A stretch of 63,996 nucleotides of DNA, counting the filler, from Basidiobolus ranarum (Eukaryota): the NCBI GenBank assembly GCA_040143965.1. It is 6 parts of 6 records of this genome, joined end to end, with 100 filler letters (N's around TTAATTAATTAA, not from the genome) between each part and the next. Parts side by side here need not be neighbours in the genome. Positions count along the whole stretch, not along the records: positions 10,955 to 21,794 come from JASJQH010007537.1; positions 21,895 to 32,726 come from JASJQH010007538.1; 4 more parts are not named here. The stretch is one strand, 5' to 3'. This document shows positions 11,950 through 24,120 of the stretch, piece by piece. The number at the start of each line of letters is the position of its first letter. Positions within the stretch are counted from its first letter, which is position 1. Made by a program: the position numbers and the translations under genes. The notes under the pieces are model-generated. The model did not search any database, was not told where the DNA came from, and was given only the letters and a program-made list of their open reading frames with translations.

Positions 11950-14609
11950 CACACATATGCTGATACATGGTTCTATGAGATTGTAGCCTACAATGTGCAA
12001 CTAATTTGCAAGATCTTGAAATTTAACTCCAGAAACTGAAAAAAGTGTTTGAAATCAAATATAACTTGACAATTTTATGACTGTAAGTAAATGGTCAATT
12101 CAAAATGGATTAAAATTGTGATAGTTTTCCTGCTATAAGAATCCTCAAATTTCTGCCAGGGTCCAGTGCTGTAACCCATGAGACAACCTTTACTACACTC
12201 ATGTCCACTCATCATAAGGAAAAGGCCTTTAATATCACTTCTTCATCTCACCCCCCTGTTATCCTTGGTAACTCATCACTTGAGTAGCACAACCCAGTAA
12301 TCAACTGGAAGAAGAAGATAATTGTGTTCAAGCATGCTACACCTCCTATCCAATATTTGCCAATATGTGCAGTATCCAGCCGATCATCTGCACAAATACT
12401 TAAAACATCCATTAAACCAATGTCTATTGACATTGTTGCTCAAGAGCTGAAGCAAACAAAACCTATAGTTCCTAAACTCCCACCCAAATACATAGCCTTT
12501 GCTAATATCTATTACAAGAAGAACATTAATATACTCCCTGCTCACCACCCATATGCTTGCCCTAGAGATCTGCCAGAAGGAAAATAACCACCATTTGGGC
12601 CTATCTATGGGCTGACCTAGCTGGAGCTCAAAATTCTGGGAGAGTAAATTGCAGAAAATCTGGAGAAAGGATTTATCTGACATTCAAAGTCTGCATCAGG
12701 CTCTCCAATCATATTTATTAAGAAAAAGGATGGATCCCTCCATCCCTGTGTTTATTATTGAGGCCTAAATGGAAGTACAGTCAAAAGTTGGCACCCCTTG
12801 CCATCAACCAACTCACTCTTGGATCAGTTTATCACAGCTAAGGTATTCACAGACATTGACTTAAGAGGTGCTTACAATGTTGTAAGAATCAAATCAAGAG
12901 ACCAATGGAAAACTGCCTTTTAGACTTGCATTGGACACTTTGAATACAATGTCATGCCATTTGGACTTACCAATATCCCAGCAGTCTTCCATCACAGGAT
13001 GAGTGGATCTTCCAAGAGTATCTTGACCAGTTTGTGGTAATCTACCTTGCTGCTATCTTGATATTCTCAAACTCTTAAGTAATACGTGAAGTTCATGTTT
13101 CCTAAGTCCTAAAAAAGTTGATAACCTCTGGTCTGTTGGCTGAACTTGAGAAATGTGAATTTGACTAAGCTCAAGTTGAATTCCTTGTATATACCATTGG
13201 CACATCAGGTATCTCCATGGACCCTAAGAAAGTTGAATTTGCTCCATCTTAGGATACTTGCAAGAATCTTAAGAATGTCAAATTTTTCCTTGGATTTGCA
13301 AATTTTTACCAATGGTTTGTTAAGAACTACTCCAATATATCAGCCCCATTAACAAATCTTACCAAGAAAGAACTTGCATTTGACTGGAACATATTTGCCA
13401 ACAAGCATTTGTAACTTTAAAGATTGCTTTTACCTCAGCACCAATCCAGGCATAACCCAAACTAGACAATCCATTCATCATTGAAACTGATGCATCTGAC
13501 TTTTTCTAGGAGCACTGCAATGTCTTTATAATGATGACAACTGACTGCACCCTGTTGCCTTTTACTGAAGAAAGTTCCCTGCAATAGAAATTCACTGTGA
13601 CAACTATGACAAGGAACTGTTGGCAATTATGGCTGCATTTGAATAATGGCAACAATACTTTTATGGAGCTAATCACACAATTACAGCCTATTGTGATCAT
13701 AAGACTCTTCAATATTTTAGGACAACCAAAGTACTCAACCACCATCAAGTTAGATGGTCATTATTTCTTGCCAGTTTTGATTTCATAATTACATGTCTAC
13801 CAGGTAGCCATCAAGGAAAACCTAATACCTCAGCATGTTGAGCACAATATCAACCCAAAGAAGGGCATGAGGCCTTTGGCCAACAAAATACTTTACTACT
13901 GAAGCCCCACCAACTTCAAATTGTTGCAACTGCTCTTTCTCTGCCTAGTTCAAGCACATTCCATGAAGACATCCACAAACTTCAATCTGAAGACCTATTG
14001 GTAATATCAATCAAGAAAGCCCAGGAAACACCCAAAAACCTCTCAAGCTTGAACCTGTACCACCATTTCTCTATCATCAATGATCTCTTGTTTAATAAGA
14101 AGCACCGTTATATTCCAGACCACACTTCCAGACTCAAAATCATGCAGGAAAGACATGACTCACCACTAGTAGGACACTTTGGTATTATGCCATTTGCTTC
14201 AAGGACATCCATAAAAAATTAATATTCAAGTTGAAGCATGCTCAGTCCCAATACAACAACTTTGCTGGTAAGAAAAGAAAGCTAAACCAAGATCCTAAGC
14301 CTGGAGAAATAGTATGGCCAATCTGTGAAATTACCAAGACCACTAGACCTAGTGATAAACTTGATAATAAGAGTGTAGGGCATTTCAAGATTATCAAGCA
14401 AATCAATTCAGTAGCCCTCTAGCTTGAGCTCCAACACCATTTCAAAGTTCACAATGTAATCCATGTGTCTCTTCAAGAACCACATTTCACAAATACCTTT
14501 CAAGGCTGATCCATTGACCCATCCCCTGCAATCCAAGTATAAGAACACTCTGAATATGCAGTTATTAAAATCCTAGAATCCAGAATTTATCAACATATAT
14601 TTAAATACT
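11950..14609 (+). mobile_element. Degenerate Ty3/Gypsy chromovirus-like pol (PR-RT-RH, partial IN, chromodomain)
   Basis: HNPVINWKKK; GFI*HSKSASGSPIIFIKKKDGS; IDLRGAYNVVRI; GHFEYNVMPFGLTN; VIYLAAILIFS (YLDD lost); IETDASDF; NYDKELLAI; HDSPLVGHFG joined straight to the IN C-terminus (core deleted); EYAVIKILESR..KYL chromodomain start. Confidence 0.92.
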
Positions 14610-14961
14610 TGATAAAAGTGTTTGGGGGATTTGGAAGAGTTTTGGACAAGATTTGGATTTGTGAATAAGACACTTAAGTTTTATTGAATTGAGGATATCC
14701 TAGTCATAGCTTAGTATGAAATAGAAATATTGGACATGCTTAAATCATAACAAACATTCCTATTAAGCATGGGTGAATATTTGACATGATTTGGAGAAGT
14801 TTTGTGAAAATAGTGAAAATTTGTAAAAGTGATCTGATTAATATTTCTATTAATTAGAGCAAAGAACACATGTCATTCAATAACAGAATTGGGTGCAAAA
14901 TAATCAGAACATGATTAAACTAACTACTAAATAATGAGTTGCCATTTACCTAATGTCAACA
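14610..14961 (-). repeat. 3' LTR of a minus-strand Ty1/Copia element
   Basis: Minus strand reads TGTTGACA...ACTTTTATCA, preceded by purine-rich TTGAGCAGGAA just after the pol stop; homologous to 20481-20620 and, inverted, to 20640-20758. Confidence 0.8.
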
Positions 14962-14972
14962 TTCCTGCTCAA

Positions 14973-15870
14973 CTAATTATTTTGTATTTCTCTTAAACGT
15001 AATTTATATCTTAATAATTCAAATTGTGCTTTGCCTAAAGGTTTGGTTAAGATGTCAGCAATCACTTCATCAGAAGGGCAATAAACAAGTTCAATTATTC
15101 CTTTCTTTATTACTTCTACAACATCATGATGCCTAATATCTTTTTGTTTTGTTCTAGCATGAAATGTAAGGTTTTTAGCTAATGAAATACAACTTTGATT
15201 AACTTCAAATATAGTAACAGCATGTTCTTGCATGTATCCTAAGTCTGTAAGTAACTTCTTTAACCACATGGCTTCTTACAAAGTAGCAGAGGCAACCATA
15301 TACTCTGCTTCTGTGGTGGAAAGTGCTACAGTTGATTGCTTCTTACTATTTGAAATCAGAGCTCCATTACCATAGAGAAAGGTGTACCAGTTGTTGAACT
15401 TCTATCATCAAGGTTTCTTCCTCAGTGTGTATCACTGAAGCCTTCAAATTTTGTGCACCAGGAGCTGCAGAGTATTCCAGACTAGATCCAGAGTTTCTCT
15501 CAAGTATCCAAATATTCATTTTACTGCAGCATTGTGCTCAGATCCTTGATTTTTGAGATAAAGGCTGACAGTTCCCACTGCCACAGCAATGTCTGAATGT
15601 ATTCCAACCATTGTTTACATTAAACTACAAACCATGGTTTCAAAAGGGAACTCCTGGCTTTGATTTGAGTCATTTTGGGCCAAATTTGATGAAATTTTGA
15701 TTAAGTTTATATTGAGATCAATGCGTATTGATACAGGCTTGGTATTCTCAGTGTTAAAGCATTATAGGATATGTAGGATGTATTCCAACTAATTCCCTAT
15801 TCAGTATACTATGTTTCACCCTGCCAAATATGTATATGCTCCCTGTTTTCCTTGTCAAACTGAGTGTGAT
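14973..15870 (-). mobile_element. Ty1/Copia RT-RNase H 3' fragment
   Basis: KKQSTVALSTTEAEY; NQSCISLAKNLTFHARTKQKDIRHH; EVIADILTKPLGK. Confidence 0.92.
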
Positions 15871-15989
15871 CAACACCAGGTATCAATGAAGATTTTTGCC
15901 AAAGTATTTTCTCTGTCTAATATTTTCTTGCCTTGAGGTCTACACCCAAGTACCCTCCTGGTTTCTAGCCTCTTATTGCTACTTCCAGT

Positions 15990-18900
15990 TCTTGTCCAGT
16001 TCCTTATTGTGACATCTCTAAATGACAATGACTTGGTTAAGACACTACTTGGGAGCCTGCCAGACAAATTCAGGAAGTTTCCACTTGCCCTAGAATTAAG
16101 ATCAAAGCCATTAATAATTGATTATGTTGGTGTTAGGCTATTGAATGAGGAATCAAGGAGATCTAATCCTTGGCAAAATGATACATATCAGTTTTTTTTT
16201 AGGGCTGTAGTAAGTCCAACAGGCTTGAATAATGGCAACTCTAACAGGAAATTAATCATCTGCAAGTATTGCAAACAATCAGGCCATTTAATTAAAAATT
16301 TCAAGAGAGGGATTTTTGGCAAAAAGCCAAATTTGGAAAAAACATATCTGGTCAGCACTGACGAGTATCATCCTTTTGTGTCTGCCCTATCTGTAACCAC
16401 TAAGGAAGACTCAAAAACATGGCACTTGGATTTAGCAGCTTCCCAGCATATGTCAAACAAGAAAGTTTGATTTTCCAGCAAAAAGCCAATCCAAACAAGG
16501 AAAGTCTACTAAGGTGATGACTATGCACTGGATGCAGTTGGTAAGGGCTCAGTTATGCCCAACTTAGACCATAAGTCAGCTCTACCGTCTGCAAAATTCT
16601 AAGATGTATTCTGTGTACCAAATATAGCCAAGGCTCTACTCTCAGTAAGCCAAGCAATGGCACAAGGACTAAAACTCATGTCCAGAAAGGCTCAATACAT
16701 TATTGCAGATCAGAATAATACTAAACAGCTACTGCAATCTGAAACATAACTTATTCAAGTTAGAAAGCAACAAAATTCATTCAGAACATACAAACTTAGT
16801 CAAAACCAATGAAAAAAGCTCCCAAATATGGCATAAAAGATTAGGCCACATTGAGGAACAAAGACTGACCCAAATGATCTGTAATCAGCATGTTGCAGGC
16901 TTGAAATCACAAATATCACCAAATTGGATCTGTGTTAAGGTTGCAAATAGGATAAAACCAGACAGTCATTTTCAAGCTCTGGAGAGATCAAATCAACTCA
17001 ATATCTTACCCTGATTCATTATGACCTATTTGGGCATATGAAAATGGCTCAATTGAGGGCAAAAGGTACTGTATGACCTTTTTTGATGACAAACAAGACA
17101 TACTTGGGTGTTCTTTCTCAAATCATAAGCTGTAGCCTTAAGTATGCTTAGGTACAACAAGAAAATGGTACAGACAGATTCAGCACTGAAAATATGAGTA
17201 CCAAGGAGTGATAATGGTGGAGAATACAGCTCCAAAGACTTTGCTAATTTTTGTTCCAAGTGTGAAATTAAGCAACAAACTACTGTACCTTATACTCCAC
17301 CACAAGGTGGAGTACAAAATGCTCTTATAGGACCACAGTAGAGATAGCAAGATGAATGTTACAATAACAAAAGTTAGAATACCAATATTGGGCTGCTTCT
17401 GGCTCCACTGCAGTGTGTACCAAAAGCAGATGCTCAACACAATTGCTATGGAATTCTACCCCATTTGAAGCCCTATATAGAAGAAAACAAAGTGTGTATC
17501 ATCTCAGGGTCTTTGGTTCATCAGCATATTGCCTAAATCCAGCTGAAATATGCACTAAACTGGAAGCCAAATGCAGCAAATGCATATATCCTGGTTGCTG
17601 TGATGGATCTAAGGCCTACAGACTAATTGATACCAGAAACCATACTTTTCCCTCTTCTGAAAAATTGGATTGAACCAATATTCAAGCTTGGATAGTAAAA
17701 ATGAAATTACTGCTACAAGAGAAAGGACTTTGGGATACTGTTGTAGAAGAAGAAAACAATGCAAAACTCTCTAAAAGCAAAGTTTTACTCCAGGTTAAAA
17801 AACAACAAAGTGCCTGAAACACAATAAATCTTAATGTTCAAGACAAATTGCTATTTTAATAGACTGTAACAGAGGCCCTGAATGGCCCTCACATGAAGTT
17901 TTGGAGATCTGCAAAGGTTGATGAGTATCAGGCTTTGCTTGATAATCAAACTTAGATTATAACCAACTTACCTGATGATAGAAAATCAAGATATTTGAAG
18001 TTAAATAAAACTCTGCTGGCAATATAGAAAGTTAAAATTCTAGACTAGTAGTCAAAGGCTGTTCCCAAGCACCAGGAATAGATTATACAGAAACTTTTGC
18101 TCCTGTAGCAAAGTTTAACTCAATTAGATTGATTTTAGCAATTTCAACTAAATATCAGTTTACTACATACTACAAGGATGTTAAAACTGCTTTTTTGAAG
18201 GGTGAACTTGCTTAGGAGATCTATACGTACTTGTCAGATGAATTTGTGGACCCAGAAAACCCTCAAAAAGTTTGCAGACTCTGAAGAACACTCTATGGCT
18301 TAGAACAATCTCCAAGAGCTTGGAATAGCAAGATAAACACTTATTTGGAAAAAACCCAAACTCCAAAAGAGTAATGTTTGCTGTAGTATATACTTCAAGC
18401 CATATGAAACAAACTCAGTTTTATTAGCCTCATATGTAGATGACCTTATTATAGCAACCAATTACTTGATGACTTTGGAGAAAGTCAAATTCAGCCTATG
18501 TGCCAAATTCAAAATGATTGATCTTGGTGAACTGACTATCTTGGAATCCAAATTAAGACAGATAGAACTACCAATACAATAACTTTATACCAGTCTAAGT
18601 GTATCCTAGATATACTAAGGAAGTCTAAAGTGGAAGAATGAAAACCAGCATCTACCCCAATGAAGACATATTGCAACTTGACTAAAAACTACTCAAATCT
18701 GATGTTTTTGGTTTCCAATGAAAGCCAGAAGTTTCCTTGTCAATCTATGGTTGGTAGTTTAATGTATATCATAGTTGGAATATGGCCAGATATTGCAAAT
18801 TCTATGGGAGTTATGTGCTAATAACTTTAGAATCATGGATCTGAGCAAATTGTAGCAGTTCAGTGGATTTTCAGATGTTTGAAAGGTACTATAGATCTGT

Positions 18901-19357
18901 GCTTAAAATACACATCTTCCGGTTTAAACTTTAATCTGTGGGATATTCAGATGCAATTTGGCCAAGAGATATTGAAGACAGGAGATCTATAACAGGATAC
19001 CAATTCTTAGCTATAATGGATCTATTTCTTGGAATTCAAAGAAACAGCCTACTGTTGCACTTTCAACAACAGAGGCAGAATACATGGCTGCCTTTGAAGC
19101 AACAAAAGAAGGCATATGGTTTAGAAAACTCTCAACAGATTTAGGTTATTCTCAAAATTCACCAACTACAATATTTCAAATGATTTAAGTTGCATCAAAT
19201 TAGCTGAAAATCCCATGTCTCATAATTGAAGCAAACTTATAGATATTAAGCATTACTTCATTAGAGAGACTGTAGAGAATATTTTATTGACTTAACTAAT
19301 TGTTTTAAAGAAGACATGATTGCTGATATATCAACTAAACCATTAGCTAGACAGAAA
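15990..19357 (+). mobile_element. Degenerate Ty1/Copia gag-PR-IN-RT-RH with no LTRs of its own; a second gag N-terminal fragment is embedded at ~17640-17860
   Basis: Zn knuckle [86 protein letters not shown]; many stops and frameshifts. Confidence 0.92.
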
Positions 19358-19359
19358 TA

Positions 19360-20460
19360 GTGCATCCAGCCTTGCTGACTACAGAATCTAGTCCTTGAGC
19401 TGTTGCTTGGGTTACTGTGACTATATTCTTGCCTATCTTTGGTACATAGAGTACATCATCCAATTTTGCACATGGTTAAGCTGAATTTTGTTCTATTTTG
19501 AGCAAAACTATGTTGTAACCAACTGCATCTGGTGCATAGTCCTCTCCTAGGTAGACTTTGCTTGTTTACATTGGTATTAAGCTAGAAAACTCATATCTCT
19601 TGCTTGACATAAGCTGGGAAGCTTCCGAATATATATACCATGTCTCTCAGTCCTCTTTAGTGGCTACTAAAAGGGCAGACACATAAAGATGATTCCCATC
19701 AATGCTCACATGATTTAGTTGTTTCAATTTTGGCATTTTGGCAAAAGTTTGTTTCTGCAATATTTGATTAAATGGCCCAGTTTCTTACAATACCTGCAAA
19801 TTATTGATATCCAATTAGGGGCACCATGAATGAGGCCTGATGGATGTTTTATGGCTCCAAAAAATGCCTGATCTGCATTATTATGCTGCCAATTGGTTTG
19901 CCATGTTCCTCATTCAAAAGCCTAGCACTAACATATACCATTTTTAATGGCTCTATTCTTGAATTTGGGGCAATTATGAGGTTCCTAAGTAGTGTTGTGA
20001 TAATAAATCTTCATTTAGTATAGCTGCAATGAATGTGAACTGATCTGCCATAGTTTTTATCCAATTTATATGATTAGCCACATAATCATCAGAAATCTTC
20101 TGAATTGGGAATAATAATTGTCTAACATTAACCCTATTAGCCAGACTCTGAGCTATGTATAGTCCCTTAATTGTTTCCCAAGCAGTTTGGTTATTGTTGG
20201 CTGAGTGTATATGCCTCAATTGAGAGTTGCTGATATGTAGACAAAATGTAGAGAATGCTTTCCTCTGCTTCTTGTAAAAGGCAAGGATTCATTCTGGTGA
20301 TCCCTTTGTCTCTATTTCTTTTCCTGTTACAAATCCCCAAAGGTCCTTGTCTTCTAGCACCATTTACATCTTGAACTTCCAATGGTGAAAGTGTTCACCA
20401 TCAAACTTCTCTGGAATGCAAGAACATTGGTAATAGTACTGCTAGAAGTTCCTTTAACAA
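19360..20460 (-). mobile_element. Ty1/Copia gag-protease fragment (5' part of the minus-strand element)
   Basis: PEKFDG gag start, AWETIKGLY..SLANRVNVRQLL, Zn knuckle and protease remnants; homologous to the gag/PR at 15990-16700. Confidence 0.8.
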
Positions 20461-20468
20461 CTAGCTTA

Positions 20469-20480
20469 GGGCTCAGAACC
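20469..20480 (-). promoter_or_regulatory. Copia primer-binding site, half-tRNA-iMet type
   Basis: Minus strand GGTTCTGAGCCC immediately after the LTR end; one mismatch from the Ty5/copia-type GGTTATGAGCCC. Confidence 0.7.
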
Positions 20481-20758
20481 TTATAAAAGTGTTTAAGGGA
20501 ATTGGAAGTGTTTTGGAAAAGATTTGGATTTGTGAATTAGACACTTCAGTTTTATTGTATTAGTATGTCCTAATTATGGTTGACTGTGAAACAGAACTTT
20601 TAAATGTGCTTATGTTTGTAATGATCTCAGCATCTCCAATAGTCCTTTTTCATAGCAAACTAAAAATAGGACATATTTATTCAACAAAACTGAAGTGTCT
20701 AATTCACAAATTCAAATCTTGTCCAAAACACTTCCAAATCCCCTAAACAGTTTTATTA
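20481..20758. repeat. Two partial copies of the same Copia LTR in inverted orientation
   Basis: 20483-20558 (taaaagtgtttaagggaattggaagtgttttggaaaagatttggatttgtgaattagacacttcagttttattg) is close to the reverse complement of 20682-20758. Confidence 0.8.
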
Positions 20759-20759
20759 A

Positions 20760-21794
20760 TTTAACCAGAACTCTCATCAACATCCATCTAGGCTTTTGTT
20801 TAAATGCAAAGAATGGAAGAATTGGATTTGTGTATATTCAAGTGGGATCTTTAACAGATTTCTGCCTGAAAAGTATTGGCAACATTGGGAGTTGTTTGTC
20901 AATACTGTTGATATATTCTTACACCATCATCCCATGTTGACAGATCTTGGGCAGATACAGCAACTAGGCAAAGATTTTTTAATTGTATGTGCAAACTTTT
21001 GTTACAGGTTTAGCAACAAAGGCTGAATCTATGCCAGTATTTAATACCTTCCTTGATGGATTCTTCACAATGCTTAGGGATTATAGGCCCTTGAAAAACA
21101 TTCTGGGAGATCCTGATGGAGCACAGCTGAGGTGAAATGATACTCCTTGTGAAATTGTCAGTATCACGTTATGCTAATCTGATTGACCATGTATCAACAA
21201 AGTCAGTGATTGATACAATGCAATGGGTTAAAGATGCTCTAGACTATGTAAACCTTCCAACAAAAGGCTCTTTTTAATGTGCTCATGGGTTTTTGTTTTG
21301 TTTGAGCATAATAATAGCAATGAAACCCAATTTATGGAAACAGAGTAAATACCTCAGTAATTTGGACTAATTTTTTTTGTGATAATCTTACTGTATTCTT
21401 GTGAAATATACCTGACAGGCTTCTTGGTGAGGTAGATTGAGATATGAAGCATTAATAAGAAGATCTACATGGATTAGGTAGTTGGAATTGTGGACCTGGA
21501 AGACCCTAAAAAAGCTTGCAGACTCCACAAATGCTCTATGGCCTAAAACAATCACCAAGAGCTTGGAATAGCAAGATTTATTCTTTTTTGGAAATGTTGA
21601 TATTTCAAAAGTGTGATGGTGACTGTTGCATCTACTTCAGGCCAGATAAAACAAGCCCAACTTTATTAATCTTTGATGCAGGTTATTAGCTTTAATAAAA
21701 TATTCACCCATCTGAACCCCATTAGATAACTGTTCAAATTCTGCAATCAAAGGCTCCAAGAAGCTATCTATAAGCACTGGTGATTTAGGTCCAG
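20760..21794. mobile_element. CACTA/EnSpm transposase fragments on both strands, with an interleaved Copia RT fragment (~21440-21680)
   Basis: Plus: KEWKNWICVYSSGIFNRFLPEKYWQHWELFV; minus 21690-21794: GPKSPVLIDSFLEPLIAEFEQLSNGV (Transposase_21 hallmark); Copia LYGLKQSPRAWN. Confidence 0.75.
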
Positions 21795-21949
21795 NNNNNN
21801 NNNNNNNNNNNNNNNNNNNNNNNNNNNNNNNNNNNNNNTTAATTAATTAANNNNNNNNNNNNNNNNNNNNNNNNNNNNNNNNNNNNNNNNNNNNACCTCC
21901 ACTTACCTGAGCATAGTCTATTCACTTAATTCATCTTGATACATACGAG

Positions 21950-22800
21950 CGCCCGCCACGCGTATGTTGTGGTGCTAGATATAGCTGGGACAACAATATA
22001 TTCCCACATGTATCACTCTAACACCTGCAGCACAGTGCTATAGCAATATCCCAGCTTTAAGGAGATAGAAATCAAACTAACAATCTCCTTTTCCATTAAA
22101 TGAAGCCAGAGGGCAGTTGCTTCATTAAACAGATTATGCCTAATAGATTGCGTTTCATATGTGGTGTGTTTAAAAACCTTGGGTTTCATTATACACCATT
22201 GTCCAAACTCATACATATGGCTCTCCCAGCGAGCATGTGAAAGCTTATCCATTGATCTCAGTGAGAGCTTATCGGAGTCCAATCATGAGCGCTGGATCCC
22301 AGTTGTTGGTAGCTTCTCCATATAGGAAACTCTGGGGTCTAGATAAGAAACTTGAGGATGTTGTATTCATGGAGTCGTATGAGTCATAGGCTGGCAGTAC
22401 ACACTGCCAACAGACCAAATCTCCCTGTTCACCACATGCTATTTGGCTCTGAGCCCTCCAAACAGGCTGGCATAGCCATGCACAACCGCCAGGGATAATG
22501 CTACTTGCAAACGGTGATAAACAAGAAGGGCACCGCGTGTTGATCTGAAAGAAGCGTTCGCTGCTGATTGGCCTGGCCATATGGAAATGATCTTGCTGCC
22601 CCTTTCACACTTCCTATTACACCTCGGATGATAAATATATTTGTTATGCTTCTGGGATACAATCAATCCAAGAGCCTCTGTGCTTGATTCTCTCCAGCAG
22701 ACTCATTGGTTGCCCACAGGCGGAGTCAATGATCGAGGCGACCGCAAGATACATTGATGAGAGATGCCAGGATTATCAACAGGGTAGTTTATAAATAAGA
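21950..22800 (-). mobile_element. Degraded DIRS-like element (RNase H end, methyltransferase-like part, YR N-terminus; tentative)
   Basis: FIIRGVIG..AARS (cf. HIPGxxNxxADxLSR), HGYAS (cf. xYANPPW), WESHMYEFGQWC...LGYCYSTV (cf. YR N-terminal domain); frames broken. Confidence 0.35.
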
Positions 22801-23414
22801 AACTATTGTTACAAGACTAGCACTCTGGACCAATAGGGCTCTAGGGGTTTTTAATAGCCGGCCTTGTGGTTGGCTCATCTAAGTTTGCTATTGTGTTTCT
22901 AACCATAATTTGAGCGATGCGCCCATAAAAAGAAATACCCATATATTGCGTGTTGCAATATTCTCTGCTTGTGATAGGCTACACAGAAAATACGATATTT
23001 GAAATTGGCACATCATTGCGCTTCTCTTTTTTGCATTTTTTTTCAAGTTGAACCAGAATCATGCTGAACGAGCCTCTATTTAATCAGACACCCGTTTTGT
23101 TGAAATGATCCGGCTTTCCGCCTTTTTCCTCCCAGCATATCATGCTAGATACTTTTTACGCCTATACCGAAGTTGTTTTACCTTCCTCAGCTTTAACTGT
23201 TTCTCCTTTCGTTACCTGCTGCGTTTCCCAAGTTTTCTGTGTTGCTCAATATACCTCAACTGACGGAGGCTAACTAGTATCATTGCTTATATATATATTG
23301 CTGCACTAGCCGTTTCTTTTCTGTAGCCTACTACTTCTTCTCAAAGTCTTATCCTTTGGTTACTTTTTTTTGCTAAATTCCTACCCAAGCTTTTTTCCAA
23401 ATTAAACCGACAAA

Positions 23415-24120
23415 ATGACCCTCCCTGCCTCTCTTCGTCTCCAATCTCAGCCACACAGGTCTGTTCTCAGTACTGTGGTTTCTTTCATTGAACATAAGAA
23501 TCTTCGCTTTCTCATCCTTGATTGTCCAACTGATTCGAACATCCACCTTTACCTCAAAGAATTTCGTAATTTCAACGTTACTCATGTTGTGGTAAGTAGA
23601 ACTCTATGGTATTTCAACACTTTCTGAACTTCAACTAACTCCTTTTCTAGCGTGTGTGCGAACCTACCTATCGTACCGAGGCCCTGACCAGTGCAGGTAT
23701 TGAGGTTCACGACTGGCCTTTCCCCGATGGAGGTATCCCACCCACTACTTTAGTTAAAGACTGGGTAGCATTGGTTAATACCTGTGCTAATTCCAACAAT
23801 ACTGTGCCTGAGACGATTGCCATTCACTGTGTTGCCGGACTTGGTCGAGCACCAGTTTTAGTTGCAGTTGCGTTGATTGAGCATGGTATGGAAGCATTAA
23901 ATGCAGTAGAATATATTCGTAAGAAACGTCGCGGTGCCTTTAACAATCGACAGATACAGTATTTGGATTCATACAAGAAAAGTAAACCCTCTATGGGATT
24001 CAAAATATCATTTAACAAGATGTTTAAGTTCTCCAAGAAAATTGAAGTCAGTTGCCTCTCTAGCCTATCTGATATACTTGTATTACAAGTATCCAGTCAA
24101 CCAAAGTCTTTCCTCTTTGA
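23415..24120 (+). CDS. PRL/PTP4A-type dual-specificity phosphatase
   Basis: Exon 1 23415-23591 ([13 protein letters not shown]), exon 2 from 23651 ([38 protein letters not shown]); probable 50-nt intron 24047-24096 giving terminal STKVFPL*. Confidence 0.9.
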
